Assembly (NCBI GenBank): GCA_965230485.1
Contig: CBDDLA010000001.1
Span: 3,183,010-3,247,009 of the forward strand
Length of the DNA: 64,000 nucleotides
From: Putridiphycobacter sp.
Lineage (GTDB): Bacteria > Bacteroidota > Bacteroidia > Flavobacteriales_D > Crocinitomicaceae
Direction of reading: 5' to 3'
In this document: one piece after another, positions 29,494 to 41,477 of the stretch
How the letters are laid out: each line of letters begins with the position of its first letter
How positions within the stretch are numbered: the first letter of the stretch is position 1
Translations under genes and position numbers: made by a program
The notes under the pieces: generated by a model
What the model was told of the DNA's origin: nothing
The model's database searches: none
What the model saw: only the letters and a program-made list of their open reading frames with translations

Positions 29494-30987
29494 TTAAAAC
29501 CGATACGCTAAACCAAATCCAATTGAAAAAGTACTAACAGATCTTTTTGCATAGGTACTTTCATAATAATTTTGAAAGCTTGGGATATATCTCATATTAG
29601 CTGATAAATAGACGCTATTAAACAGATTATATTTAAGATTTCCACCCACTGAATAAACGAACGTTGTTTGTTTAAAAATACCACTATTTTCAATAGGGAG
29701 CACATTGTTATTTAGAAAGTAAGTACCGCTAGATTTTAGAAGGTAGTTAATTTGAATCCCCAAATCTACTCCGTATATCCATTTATTTCTTTCAATTTGA
29801 CATCCAAAATGAAAAGGTAATTGAAGGTACTGACTGCTGGTAATGCCATAGTAATCCTTTAAGGTTGTTTCCAAAGTACTGTCAATACTATAGGTTGTGT
29901 CGGCTGTTAAAAAAGTAGTATTATAGCTCTGTTGTTCTATGCCAACACCAATGGCAGCTGTTAATCCATTTGAAGAAAGGTATTGACCATATATTTGACC
30001 GAAAAAACCTAGTTTTTCATCATGCAGCTTATACAATGGTTGAGTAAACTCAGGATTTGTGTAATTAGCGTTATTAATATTTGGTCCACCCTTAAGTCCA
30101 ATCATCCATTGACCTTCTGGTTTTCCTGTTTCTATCTCAATTTTAGTGTCCGTTTTTGAAGAATCTATTGTTTCATCCTTTTTAAATGATACGAAAGAGG
30201 TATCCAGGATTTCGCTGTTTTCAGTCTTACTTAAAGATTGATTATCAGGTGCAGTAGCTTCTTTATTTAGATTGCTGGAGCTGGTATTACTATTTGTCAG
30301 CTTTGAATTTACCTCATTTTGATATTCATTATAATTGGCAGTTTTTGATACAGCTGAAATTACCGACTCTTTAACAGCATTAGTTTCAGTACGCGTTTTA
30401 TCTTCAGATATTACTACTTCCTTGTGATTTTTTGTTTCTGCAACTTCTTTTTTAACTTCATCTTCGACTTGAACAGTTACTTTGTTTGCTTCATCAATAG
30501 GCTCTATAATTTCAGTTTTAGCGATAGCCTGTTCTAAAATAGGTTTTTGATTTTCCTTTCTTTCTAATTTTTGAAAAGGTTGATGTAGTTTTTTGTCAAT
30601 TTCTTTGGCACTAATTTTATAATCTGACCGACGTTTGTATTCAGGACTTGTATCAATAATATGTTTAATTGATGTATTAGATATTTGCTCATTATTCTGT
30701 GTAAAGGCCGTTTCTTGAATTTGTGATTGATAAGTGTTAATAATAGTGTTTTCAAAGTCAGTTCTTTTTTGATACGCAGCTAAATCAGTTTTTTTTGACA
30801 TATTGACTGTTGTCAATACAGCGCCGATTACTGTTACTAATAGCAAACCAGATCCAACTAACCAAAAATTGCCACCTCCACTTGTTTTCGACAAAACGTT
30901 ATTTCTAACACTAGTAGGTGCCTTGGCGGATCCCATCCCAATCGTAGACTTAAATAATTCGTCGATATTTTTAAATTCCTTGCTCAT
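29494..30987 (-). CDS. Putative dual-membrane-spanning anti-sigma factor (cytoplasmic N-domain, TM, low-complexity linker, OM beta-barrel)
   Basis: N-terminal NIDELFK...APTSV motif, one TM (FWLVGSGLLLVTVIGAVL), about 230 aa K/E/T/N/S-rich linker, and a C-terminal barrel ending GFGLAYRF. Directly downstream of an ECF sigma. Confidence 0.75.
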   Translation of the reverse strand: MSKEFKNIDELFKSTIGMGSAKAPTSVRNNVLSKTSGGGNFWLVGSGLLLVTVIGAVLTTVNMSKKTDLAAYQKRTDFENTIINTYQSQIQETAFTQNNEQISNTSIKHIIDTSPEYKRRSDYKISAKEIDKKLHQPFQKLERKENQKPILEQAIAKTEIIEPIDEANKVTVQVEDEVKKEVAETKNHKEVVISEDKTRTETNAVKESVISAVSKTANYNEYQNEVNSKLTNSNTSSSNLNKEATAPDNQSLSKTENSEILDTSFVSFKKDETIDSSKTDTKIEIETGKPEGQWMIGLKGGPNINNANYTNPEFTQPLYKLHDEKLGFFGQIYGQYLSSNGLTAAIGVGIEQQSYNTTFLTADTTYSIDSTLETTLKDYYGITSSQYLQLPFHFGCQIERNKWIYGVDLGIQINYLLKSSGTYFLNNNVLPIENSGIFKQTTFVYSVGGNLKYNLFNSVYLSANMRYIPSFQNYYESTYAKRSVSTFSIGFGLAYRF

Positions 30988-30988
30988 C

Positions 30989-31537
30989 TTATCGTTTTAT
31001 GAGTTTCTTCTCCAATAATATATTGGAGATCATTTTTTTTGCCTTGAATAGTTGTGATTTTGATGTATTTTCAGATACATCAAGATGTTCAGCAATTTCT
31101 TTATGCGTTAAGTTTTCAAATACGAATAGATTAAAAATTGTTCTATATCCTATTGGCAAGTCATTCAGAATCGAGATCAGTTCACTCTTAAGATCAGGTG
31201 TATCAACAATTTCAAAATTTTCTAAACTGGTTTCAATATTTTCAAATGCTTTAAAATCTTCTACTAAATCCACTCTTTTATTTTGTCGAATATGATTAAT
31301 CGCTGTATTAATAACTATCCGTTTTATCCAACCACCTAGTTCATATTCAGGGTTAAAACTACTACATTTTTCATGAATTTTAATGAAAGCATCTTGTAAC
31401 ATATCTGAAGCTTCGTCTGTATTCCTGGTATAACGCAAACATGTATTATACATGGCATCACAATACCTGTCGTACACTATTGTAAACGCCGTTTGACTGC
31501 CAGCTATGAATTTTTTTTTTAGTGCTTCGTCTTTCAA
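30989..31537 (-). CDS. ECF RNA polymerase sigma factor
   Basis: Region 2 DMLQDAFIKI..GWIKRIVIN and region 4 LPIGYRTIFNL..HKEIAEHL.VSENTSKSQL. Confidence 0.93.
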   Translation of the reverse strand: MKDEALKKKFIAGSQTAFTIVYDRYCDAMYNTCLRYTRNTDEASDMLQDAFIKIHEKCSSFNPEYELGGWIKRIVINTAINHIRQNKRVDLVEDFKAFENIETSLENFEIVDTPDLKSELISILNDLPIGYRTIFNLFVFENLTHKEIAEHLDVSENTSKSQLFKAKKMISNILLEKKLIKR

Positions 31538-31620
31538 ACTAAATTCAAAAAATACTATTTTATGATTTCTATATAAAGATACACACCATTTATTGATATG
31601 GTTGTCTGAATAGGTGTATA

Positions 31621-32514
31621 TTATTTAATAGACTCAATCCTTAAATCAAATGCAATATCGGTATTAGGAGGAACCAAATCTACTAAACCGGTTTTCCCAT
31701 ATGCTAGTTGAGATGGAATTTCAACAAATGCGTGATCTCCTTCACGAAGTACAGAAAGTCCCTGATGTAAGCCTTCAACAACATTGTCATTTTTAAATTT
31801 AACAGTAAATGGTTGCCCCTTGGAGTAGGAGTTATCATACATACCTGGTTTTTTACCTTTTTTAAACGTGAAGTAATCAAAAGTGATGAGTTGATTTTTT
31901 AGAGGTGTTGCCTTGCTTGAATCTCCTAGCTGGTACTTATACACCACAACACCTTCCTCTAAATATATAGGTTTAATTTTGCTAACAATTTCTATTTTAA
32001 CAATAATATCTGCATTTTGAGGGACTTTTCCTAAATAGCCGTTTTCTCCATAGGCTAATTTTGAAGGGATCATAATTCTTCCTTTATCACCAATATTCAT
32101 TTCTAATAAAGCCTGTTCCCAGCCTTCTAGAAGTTGGCCTACTCCAAGTTTAAGCGGTAATGGTCTTCCAGCCTCACGGTTATGATCATATACTTCTCCA
32201 CTTGCAACCCTTGCTTCGTAGTTTACTAATACAAGGTCATTTTTGGTAATTAATTCTCCTTTATTTCTTTTCTGCCACTCAATCCTCAAACCATCATCTC
32301 TATTCCAAACCATTGGTAGTCCCTGATCGTTTTTCAGAGAATCAGATTTTAAAGGTGTTACTTCCTTTTTTAGATTTATAAAAGCGGAGTCTACCGCTGA
32401 AAGTGCATCCGAATTTTTATTGTTCGACACTTTATTTTTTGTTTCATCAACACCGCTTACTTCACAAGACAATGAGGCGATACTTAGACTTAATAAGAGA
32501 AATATTCTATTCAT
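31621..32514 (-). CDS. FKBP-type peptidyl-prolyl isomerase lipoprotein with two FKBP domains
   Basis: Lipobox SLSC, GQLLEGWEQAL..IPSKLAYG and VEGLHQGL..IPSQLAYG. Confidence 0.88.
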   Translation of the reverse strand: MNRIFLLLSLSIASLSCEVSGVDETKNKVSNNKNSDALSAVDSAFINLKKEVTPLKSDSLKNDQGLPMVWNRDDGLRIEWQKRNKGELITKNDLVLVNYEARVASGEVYDHNREAGRPLPLKLGVGQLLEGWEQALLEMNIGDKGRIMIPSKLAYGENGYLGKVPQNADIIVKIEIVSKIKPIYLEEGVVVYKYQLGDSSKATPLKNQLITFDYFTFKKGKKPGMYDNSYSKGQPFTVKFKNDNVVEGLHQGLSVLREGDHAFVEIPSQLAYGKTGLVDLVPPNTDIAFDLRIESIK

Positions 32515-33052
32515 TAGGTGGTTTAATATTTACAAGTTCAATGTCGTATACCACCGTCTCAAGCGGAGGGATTTCATCTAAATCTCCAATGAGTCCATGG
32601 GCAAGGTGACTAGGTAAAATAAACTTGGCTTTTTCTCCTATAGCCAATAATTGAACCCCTTCATGGATGCCGCTCTCAATGTCAGACTTTTCGATCATAA
32701 ATGATTCCGGATTCCCTCGTTTGGAGGTATAGCAGATTTTATTATCCAATAAGCTTACTGTAAAATTAACCGATACTATATCGCCTACCACAGGTTTTTT
32801 ATTATTTGTTGAATCATATATGAAATATCTTAGACCTGTTCCCGTTTGAGTAATTTTCCAGTCAGGTCGTCGACTCAAAAAGGCCTCAATCGCTTCATTC
32901 TCTTCAGCTGAAAAAACAGCATTCATTTCAATAGATTTTTCCTGATCCCATTCAGGTAATTGCAAAGGCTTTTTATCGTCAGCCATTTGGCAAGATGATA
33001 TTAAAACAAATGGGAGAATTAAAATAAATAATAATCTAGAGTGCATTGTCAA
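32507..33052 (-). CDS. FKBP-type PPIase lipoprotein, GldI-like
   Basis: Lipobox ISSC, TGLRY, GIHEGVQLL and PSHLAHG. The DHH-gldI-FKBP order is typical of Flavobacteriales. Confidence 0.8.
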   Translation of the reverse strand: MTMHSRLLFILILPFVLISSCQMADDKKPLQLPEWDQEKSIEMNAVFSAEENEAIEAFLSRRPDWKITQTGTGLRYFIYDSTNNKKPVVGDIVSVNFTVSLLDNKICYTSKRGNPESFMIEKSDIESGIHEGVQLLAIGEKAKFILPSHLAHGLIGDLDEIPPLETVVYDIELVNIKPPNE

Positions 33053-34059
33053 TTATTAACGTATTCAGGTAATATGGTTACCAGTTTTTTAACTGCATTA
33101 TCAATTGTTCCTTGAAATTTTCCTCCAGCTGCATATATGTGCCCTCCTCCTTCAAAATGATGCTGCGCTAATTCATTAACATATGTATTACCCTTTGATC
33201 TGAAAGATATTTTTATGTAATTATTGTCTTCCTTAAAAAAAACGGCCATTTTCATACCCTTAATAGATAAGGCTTTATTAACTAACCCTTCTGTGTCTCC
33301 CTTACTCGCATTATAAGTTTTAAGTTCATCTGAACTAAGCGAAAGATAGGCCAGGCTATACTTTTCGAGTACCACCAATTTTTCTGACATAGCAAAGCCG
33401 TTCAATTTAATTTTATCTGTTGTATTCACATCATAAACTTGTTCGTGTATAATATGATTTTTAACACCAAGATTAATTAAATTAGCTATGATTTGATGCG
33501 TTCTAGCGGTTGTTGATGGAAATCTGAAAGACCCAGTATCAGTCATAATACCGGTATAAATAGCATTTCCTATCGGTTCATCTATTTCATTTAGTTTTCC
33601 TAAACTTTCAATGAATTCATATATTAATTCGCAGGTTGAGCTAATTGAAGGATAACTAAAAATTATGTCAAATGCCTTTTCATCTGGATTTTGGTGGTGA
33701 TCTATCATTATTTTTTTTGCATCTGATTGTTCAATTATGAACTGAAGATCCCCAGTTCTAGACAAATGATTGTAATCCAAACAAAAAATAATATCGGCAG
33801 ATTTAATTATTTTTGATGTTAATTCTTCTTGTGTATCGCTGGTGACTATCTTGTTTGCACCCTCTAACCATCCATAAAAGTCAGGCATCTTATCGGGGTG
33901 ACAAATTGTAACATTTTGTCCGATTTTTTGTAAAAAAAGCATTAAGGCGATTGAGCTACCAATGCTGTCCCCATCAGCTGATTTATGAGCAGTAATGACT
34001 ATATTTTGTTTTGTTTCAAACCACTCTTGTATGATTCGAATTTTCGAACTGTTGAACAT
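33049..34059 (-). CDS. nrnA: DHH/DHHA1 phosphoesterase (NrnA nanoRNase / pAp phosphatase)
   Basis: H..ADGDSIGS, IDHH, TDTGSF, KISFRS and GGGHIYAAG. Start trimmed to ATG 34059. Confidence 0.9.
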   Translation of the reverse strand: MFNSSKIRIIQEWFETKQNIVITAHKSADGDSIGSSIALMLFLQKIGQNVTICHPDKMPDFYGWLEGANKIVTSDTQEELTSKIIKSADIIFCLDYNHLSRTGDLQFIIEQSDAKKIMIDHHQNPDEKAFDIIFSYPSISSTCELIYEFIESLGKLNEIDEPIGNAIYTGIMTDTGSFRFPSTTARTHQIIANLINLGVKNHIIHEQVYDVNTTDKIKLNGFAMSEKLVVLEKYSLAYLSLSSDELKTYNASKGDTEGLVNKALSIKGMKMAVFFKEDNNYIKISFRSKGNTYVNELAQHHFEGGGHIYAAGGKFQGTIDNAVKKLVTILPEYVNN

Positions 34060-34068
34060 CTTATGAAT

Positions 34069-34101
34069 AAAAAAACCGTCTCGGTTTATCAAGACGGTTT
34101 A
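34069..34101 (-). terminator. Intrinsic terminator after the 34123-34662 gene
   Basis: Minus strand reads AAACCGTCT-tgataaaccg-AGACGGTTT followed by a T run. Confidence 0.8.
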
Positions 34102-34122
34102 AAGTTAACAATAGTTTTGGAA

Positions 34123-34662
34123 TTAAAATCCTAATTTTTCTGCTCGAGAGTGCTCTAGTAATAAGCCAACACAAACAAAATCAGAATCTTTAAACTGCTT
34201 AGATTCACTTTTTCCTGAAACAGGAACGTTTATTTTAACATATAATTTTTCTGATTTTTCAACTCTAAACTTGTAGAATTGAGCCATGTCGTCTGCTTTA
34301 TTGTTATAGATAGAGACTTTCTCTTTAAAAATCCTTGGATTTCCATTCATATCAGGTTTTCTTACAAGCTCAGTATGAAGAATTTCAAAATTAATTTTTT
34401 CTGCATCTTCTACATCAGTACATGACGAAATTCTATAAACATAATCTTTATAGGCAATAAAGCTCAGTTCATAAGTTTTGCCTTTTTCTACAGTAGCGTA
34501 TTTTGATTGGGTATCTAATTCCCAATTTTTCGTTTGTTCATCTTCAGGTATCCCATCCTTACAATATTCATGAACTCTTCTACAACTTTGCTGTGCTTGA
34601 ATGGATTGCAATACGAAAAAACCGAAAATTGCTACAATTCCAAAAATAATCTTGTTTCTCAT
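34123..34662 (-). CDS. Hypothetical secreted protein
   Basis: Signal peptide ending SIQA, four Cys, 179 aa. Confidence 0.75.
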   Translation of the reverse strand: MRNKIIFGIVAIFGFFVLQSIQAQQSCRRVHEYCKDGIPEDEQTKNWELDTQSKYATVEKGKTYELSFIAYKDYVYRISSCTDVEDAEKINFEILHTELVRKPDMNGNPRIFKEKVSIYNNKADDMAQFYKFRVEKSEKLYVKINVPVSGKSESKQFKDSDFVCVGLLLEHSRAEKLGF

Positions 34663-34667
34663 CCTAT

Positions 34668-35567
34668 TTATTTTTGCGTTATTTTATTTCTTAATACTGT
34701 GATTTCTTTTACTACGGCATCAAAAGTTTCTTGATTCATTTGATAACTACCTTTACTAGTAAAAGTTGGTATATCATTGTTTTCAGTCTCAGGTGAAGAC
34801 TCATCAGCTGGGACAAAAGTCATGTTTTCTTCAAATACCTTTTGGAGTTTAATAATGTCGCTAAGTGCTTCAGAAACAGCTTCTATGTCTGCGTATTGCG
34901 CACAAAAATCAATAATTTGATCTAAAACTAAATGTTGATCACCAATTTTTTCAATAATCTCGTTATTCTCAGCAAAATTGTCAACTAAATTACTGATGAT
35001 ATATACACTTTCTATATACCCGCCAATAATAATAAGCGATAACTCTTGTCCTTTTTTATTTTCCTCAAGGTAGGAATAGCTTTCGTAATACGTTTGATTC
35101 GAAATTGTAAACAATGAATCATAGTTTTCTTCATTATTTTCAATTCTATCAATTAAGGTCTTGTCAAAAACTTCTGAAATTCCTAAGTCAGCTGCTAAAT
35201 CTTCAATCGCCTTTGTGTATTTTAGAAATTCAATCCCGTTGTCAAAACAGCTCATATATCCCAAATCAGCAGAATATACACCGAAATTAAGCGCCTTTGA
35301 TTTTAAGTCCACATACTTGTCTTTATTATCAAGAGGGTTAATTAATGAAATATTAAGTTCGCCACCAACAGCTTTAACAATTTCAAAAAGTTCATTTGGA
35401 GTTGGAACCGAATAGGTGATTAATGGTCCAACATCATTATTAGCCATGGATGAATCTACTGGTTCATCAATATCCACATCTAAGTCAGCCTGAGAATCAC
35501 TGCAACTTACTAAACTTAGACTGGCAATTAAAAGGAACGTAAATCCCTGTATAAAGCATTTTTTCAT
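34668..35567 (-). CDS. Hypothetical alpha-helical lipoprotein
   Basis: Lipobox LVSC followed by an acidic stretch and the motif KALNFGVYSADLGY. ATG at 35567, promoter TATATTTG at 35589-35596 on the minus strand. Confidence 0.78.
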   Translation of the reverse strand: MKKCFIQGFTFLLIASLSLVSCSDSQADLDVDIDEPVDSSMANNDVGPLITYSVPTPNELFEIVKAVGGELNISLINPLDNKDKYVDLKSKALNFGVYSADLGYMSCFDNGIEFLKYTKAIEDLAADLGISEVFDKTLIDRIENNEENYDSLFTISNQTYYESYSYLEENKKGQELSLIIIGGYIESVYIISNLVDNFAENNEIIEKIGDQHLVLDQIIDFCAQYADIEAVSEALSDIIKLQKVFEENMTFVPADESSPETENNDIPTFTSKGSYQMNQETFDAVVKEITVLRNKITQK

Positions 35568-35627
35568 GTGTTTTTCTTTGGTTTGAAACAAATATAAATT
35601 AATTTGTTAATTTATGAGTAAAATTGA

Positions 35628-36503
35628 TTAAAGATTGTCTAGAAATTCGACGATTAGCTGTTTTGTCTCGACGGAAACATTTACTAAAGGCAAACGAACA
35701 TAAGTTTCGCAAATTCCGTAATATTTTAATACTTCTTTTATTCCAGCAGGATTTCCTTCTGAAAATAAATGATGAATTAAACCAAAACACTGATAGTGTA
35801 GAGCTCTGGCTTTTGCATGGTTTTCTGATAGCCCCTCACTTACCATTTCAGAAAATAATTTTGGGAGTCCATTTCCAATTACAGAAATAACACCATCTCC
35901 TCCCATGGCAATAAAAGGCATAGTTAATGCATCATCTCCTGAGATAACCAAAAAATCCCCAGGTTTTTCTTTAATAATATCCATGACTTGTTCCAAATTA
36001 CCACTGGCCTCTTTAATACCAATTATTTTGTCAAAATCATTAGCTAAACGTAATGTAGTAGAAGCACTTATGTTTGAGCTGGTTCTTCCTGGTACGTTAT
36101 ATAGTATGATAGGAAGTTTGCTTTTTTCGGCTAAAGTTTTAAAATGCTGATAAATCCCTTCTTGGGTCGGTTTATTGTAATATGGTGATACAGAAAGTAT
36201 AGCGTCAACGCCAGGAACGTTAAAGTTTGCCAGTTGTTCCGCAACTTCCATGGTATTGTTACCTCCAATACCATAAACAATTGGTATTCTGCCAGCATTT
36301 TCTTCTATTATTGTATTTAAAACACTGGTTTTTTCGAATGCTGATAGTGCTGGAGATTCTCCGGTAGTTCCTTGAACAACTAAATAATCAACACCATTAT
36401 CAATTAAGTAATGGGTGAGTTTCTTTAGCCCATCAAAATCAATTGAATGGTCTGCTAAAAAAGGTGTTGCCATGGCTACTCCTAAGCCTTTTAAGTTTAT
36501 CAT
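35628..36503 (-). CDS. dapA: 4-hydroxy-tetrahydrodipicolinate synthase
   Basis: GTTGES, PYYNKP, YNVPGRT, GIKEASG and SGDD. Confidence 0.96.
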   Translation of the reverse strand: MINLKGLGVAMATPFLADHSIDFDGLKKLTHYLIDNGVDYLVVQGTTGESPALSAFEKTSVLNTIIEENAGRIPIVYGIGGNNTMEVAEQLANFNVPGVDAILSVSPYYNKPTQEGIYQHFKTLAEKSKLPIILYNVPGRTSSNISASTTLRLANDFDKIIGIKEASGNLEQVMDIIKEKPGDFLVISGDDALTMPFIAMGGDGVISVIGNGLPKLFSEMVSEGLSENHAKARALHYQCFGLIHHLFSEGNPAGIKEVLKYYGICETYVRLPLVNVSVETKQLIVEFLDNL

Positions 36504-36976
36504 TTTTTTAAATTTAAGGTCAATTTATTAATTTGCTCTTCGATTAGTTTAAGAACTATCTCAGAATCTTCATGATTTTCAACGAATAAGTTAAAGTGTT
36601 GATTATTGTATTTATTAAAGCATCCAGCTTTTAAATTCGCATTGATATTTAGACTAAAATAACTCAATTTTGGATGATCACTTAAATCAATTAGTAAGTC
36701 AAATTCATTTTTTAAAAGAGTTTTTAGTCTATCATTTCTTAAAATTCCAATCCTAAAGTCCGACTTATGCAAAGTATAATTGAGACCAGATGAATTATCA
36801 GTTTTTTCAGTTCTTAGTGTTAAGAAAGTAAATTTGGCGGAAGGAAATAAATGATGCAATGCATTGTGCCTTATTTGTTCTGCTTTATTGATTATGAGAA
36901 TAACCGATTCATAAAGATGAGAAGGGACGAGATTTATCTCTTTTACATGGGTTTTATTTTTTTTAGAGCTTTTCAT
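36500..36976 (-). CDS. DUF6913-like hypothetical protein
   Basis: NEFDLLID and LKAG motifs, located between ligA and dapA. Confidence 0.6.
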   Translation of the reverse strand: MKSSKKNKTHVKEINLVPSHLYESVILIINKAEQIRHNALHHLFPSAKFTFLTLRTEKTDNSSGLNYTLHKSDFRIGILRNDRLKTLLKNEFDLLIDLSDHPKLSYFSLNINANLKAGCFNKYNNQHFNLFVENHEDSEIVLKLIEEQINKLTLNLKK

Positions 36977-36977
36977 T

Positions 36978-39805
<2,828 letters not shown>

Positions 39806-39850
39806 TTTTTTCGTTTTAAATTTTGGTCAAAATTAAGTATTCGTTTTTAT

Positions 39851-40519
39851 TTAGCGTTTAATACCACGCGTGATTTCTCTTTTTCCAGGTGGTCCGGGAA
39901 GACTTTCAATATCGAAACCAACTGATTTTAGATCTCGCTTAAACTGACCTTGTGCGCAGTAAGTGATGAATATACCTTCCTTTTTCAAGCTCCCATGGAA
40001 TCTCTTTAATAAACTTGGCTGCCATAAATTGGGTTGAAACTTCGGACCAAAGGCGTCAAAAAAAATGATATTGTAGTCATTATTTTTAAATTCAAAGTTA
40101 GTAAGGTCTGCTTTGTATTTAGTGATGCTAAATAATTGATCTATTTTATTTTTTACCTCCCATTTACAGGCATGAATTAATTTAAATTTGTGAGCATTAA
40201 TATCAAGAAATTGAGCATTCGAAGATATGATTGCGTTTGTCTCTTCCAACAGCAATGGATATTTCTCAATTGTGTGGTAATGAATTTTAATATTATGTTT
40301 TTTTGAAAATTCTTGAGCCAATATTGCATTCAATCCGGTTCCAAATCCCATTTCAAATATTGAAATTGATTCATTATTTTTTAAAATATTTAGCCCGTTT
40401 TTAATAAATATATGACGCGATTCGGTGATGGCGCCATGTCTTGAATGGTAGGTAACATCAGTATTCTCAATTAACAAAGTTTTGGAATTATCTTCAGTGC
40501 CAACAACCATTCTTTTCAT
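39851..40519 (-). CDS. mnmD: tRNA mnm5s2U34 methyltransferase (MnmC methyltransferase domain)
   Basis: YHSRHGAITES.HIF, EMGFGTGLN, FFDAFGP, TYCAQG and GPPGKRE. Confidence 0.92.
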   Translation of the reverse strand: MKRMVVGTEDNSKTLLIENTDVTYHSRHGAITESRHIFIKNGLNILKNNESISIFEMGFGTGLNAILAQEFSKKHNIKIHYHTIEKYPLLLEETNAIISSNAQFLDINAHKFKLIHACKWEVKNKIDQLFSITKYKADLTNFEFKNNDYNIIFFDAFGPKFQPNLWQPSLLKRFHGSLKKEGIFITYCAQGQFKRDLKSVGFDIESLPGPPGKREITRGIKR

Positions 40520-40554
40520 TAGATTTCTATCTTTGTTAAATACGATACAAAGTT

Positions 40555-40848
40555 ATGACAAGAATTCTTTTAGCTGCATTTTTAGGTGTTACATTATTAA
40601 CGTCAAGCTGTCAAAAATGTCAGCAATGTTCATATACATATACCAAAATTGAAATTATTTCTACCGAAAATGGAGAAGAGGAAGAGCAAACAACTGTTTC
40701 TGGCAATTTAGAAGATGGTGATTTTGATTCTAGCACAGAGCAAGAATGTATAAAAAGAGGGGAAGAATTTACGCTTGAAGCAAAGTACCAGTTAGAAGAA
40801 AGTACAACAGATAAAGTTGATTTTGAATATACTTGTACTGACTCTTAG
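40555..40848 (+). CDS. Small acidic Cys-rich lipoprotein
   Basis: Lipobox TSSC followed by CQQC and two more Cys. TATCTTTG promoter at 40528-40535. Confidence 0.7.
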   Translation: MTRILLAAFLGVTLLTSSCQKCQQCSYTYTKIEIISTENGEEEEQTTVSGNLEDGDFDSSTEQECIKRGEEFTLEAKYQLEESTTDKVDFEYTCTDS

Positions 40849-41252
40849 TTAAAATAAGGTTTTAGGAGCTTTGTAAGTGAATCAGGACACTGAATTGGTT
40901 TCATGTTTTCTTTTGAAACAAAAACTAATGTTGTTTCTGCTTTTGTTAAGAGTTCTTTGTTTTCATTTAGTATTTCGTATGAAAAATGAATACGAACTTT
41001 TGGTAAGCGGCTAATAGTAGTTTTAATTGTGATTAAATCATCATAAAAAGAGGGCTTAAAATACTTAATGTTTAACTCTAAGACAGGGAGTAAAATTTGC
41101 ATGTCTTCTAGTGTTTTATAGCTCATTCCAATTGCTCGAAGGGTTTCTACTCTGCCGATTTCAAGAAAGAGGGCATAGTTGCCATAATAGCAATATCCCA
41201 TTTGGTCTGTTTCGCCATACCTGATACGGGTTTGGGTAGAAAAACAATACAT
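40845..41252 (-). CDS. Acyl-CoA thioesterase (YbgC/4HBT family)
   Basis: RIRYGETDQMGYCYYGNY and EIGRVE. Confidence 0.9.
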   Translation of the reverse strand: MYCFSTQTRIRYGETDQMGYCYYGNYALFLEIGRVETLRAIGMSYKTLEDMQILLPVLELNIKYFKPSFYDDLITIKTTISRLPKVRIHFSYEILNENKELLTKAETTLVFVSKENMKPIQCPDSLTKLLKPYFN

Positions 41253-41477
41253 ATTAAACGTTTAAATATGCCTCTTAAAATAAGTATTTTTTTTAACGAG
41301 CAAGCATAAAAATGAGAAAAAAAAACGGTAACTTAGCCAAGTAAAAAAAAATAAAAAAACAAGACCAAAATGATTTTTTTATTAACTTTTTTATTTGAAT
41401 ATTTGCCATGTTGTTAACGCTGGAATAACTTTCCGTTAATAATGGAAATTTTAACACCAAAAAACCCTGTATAAATA

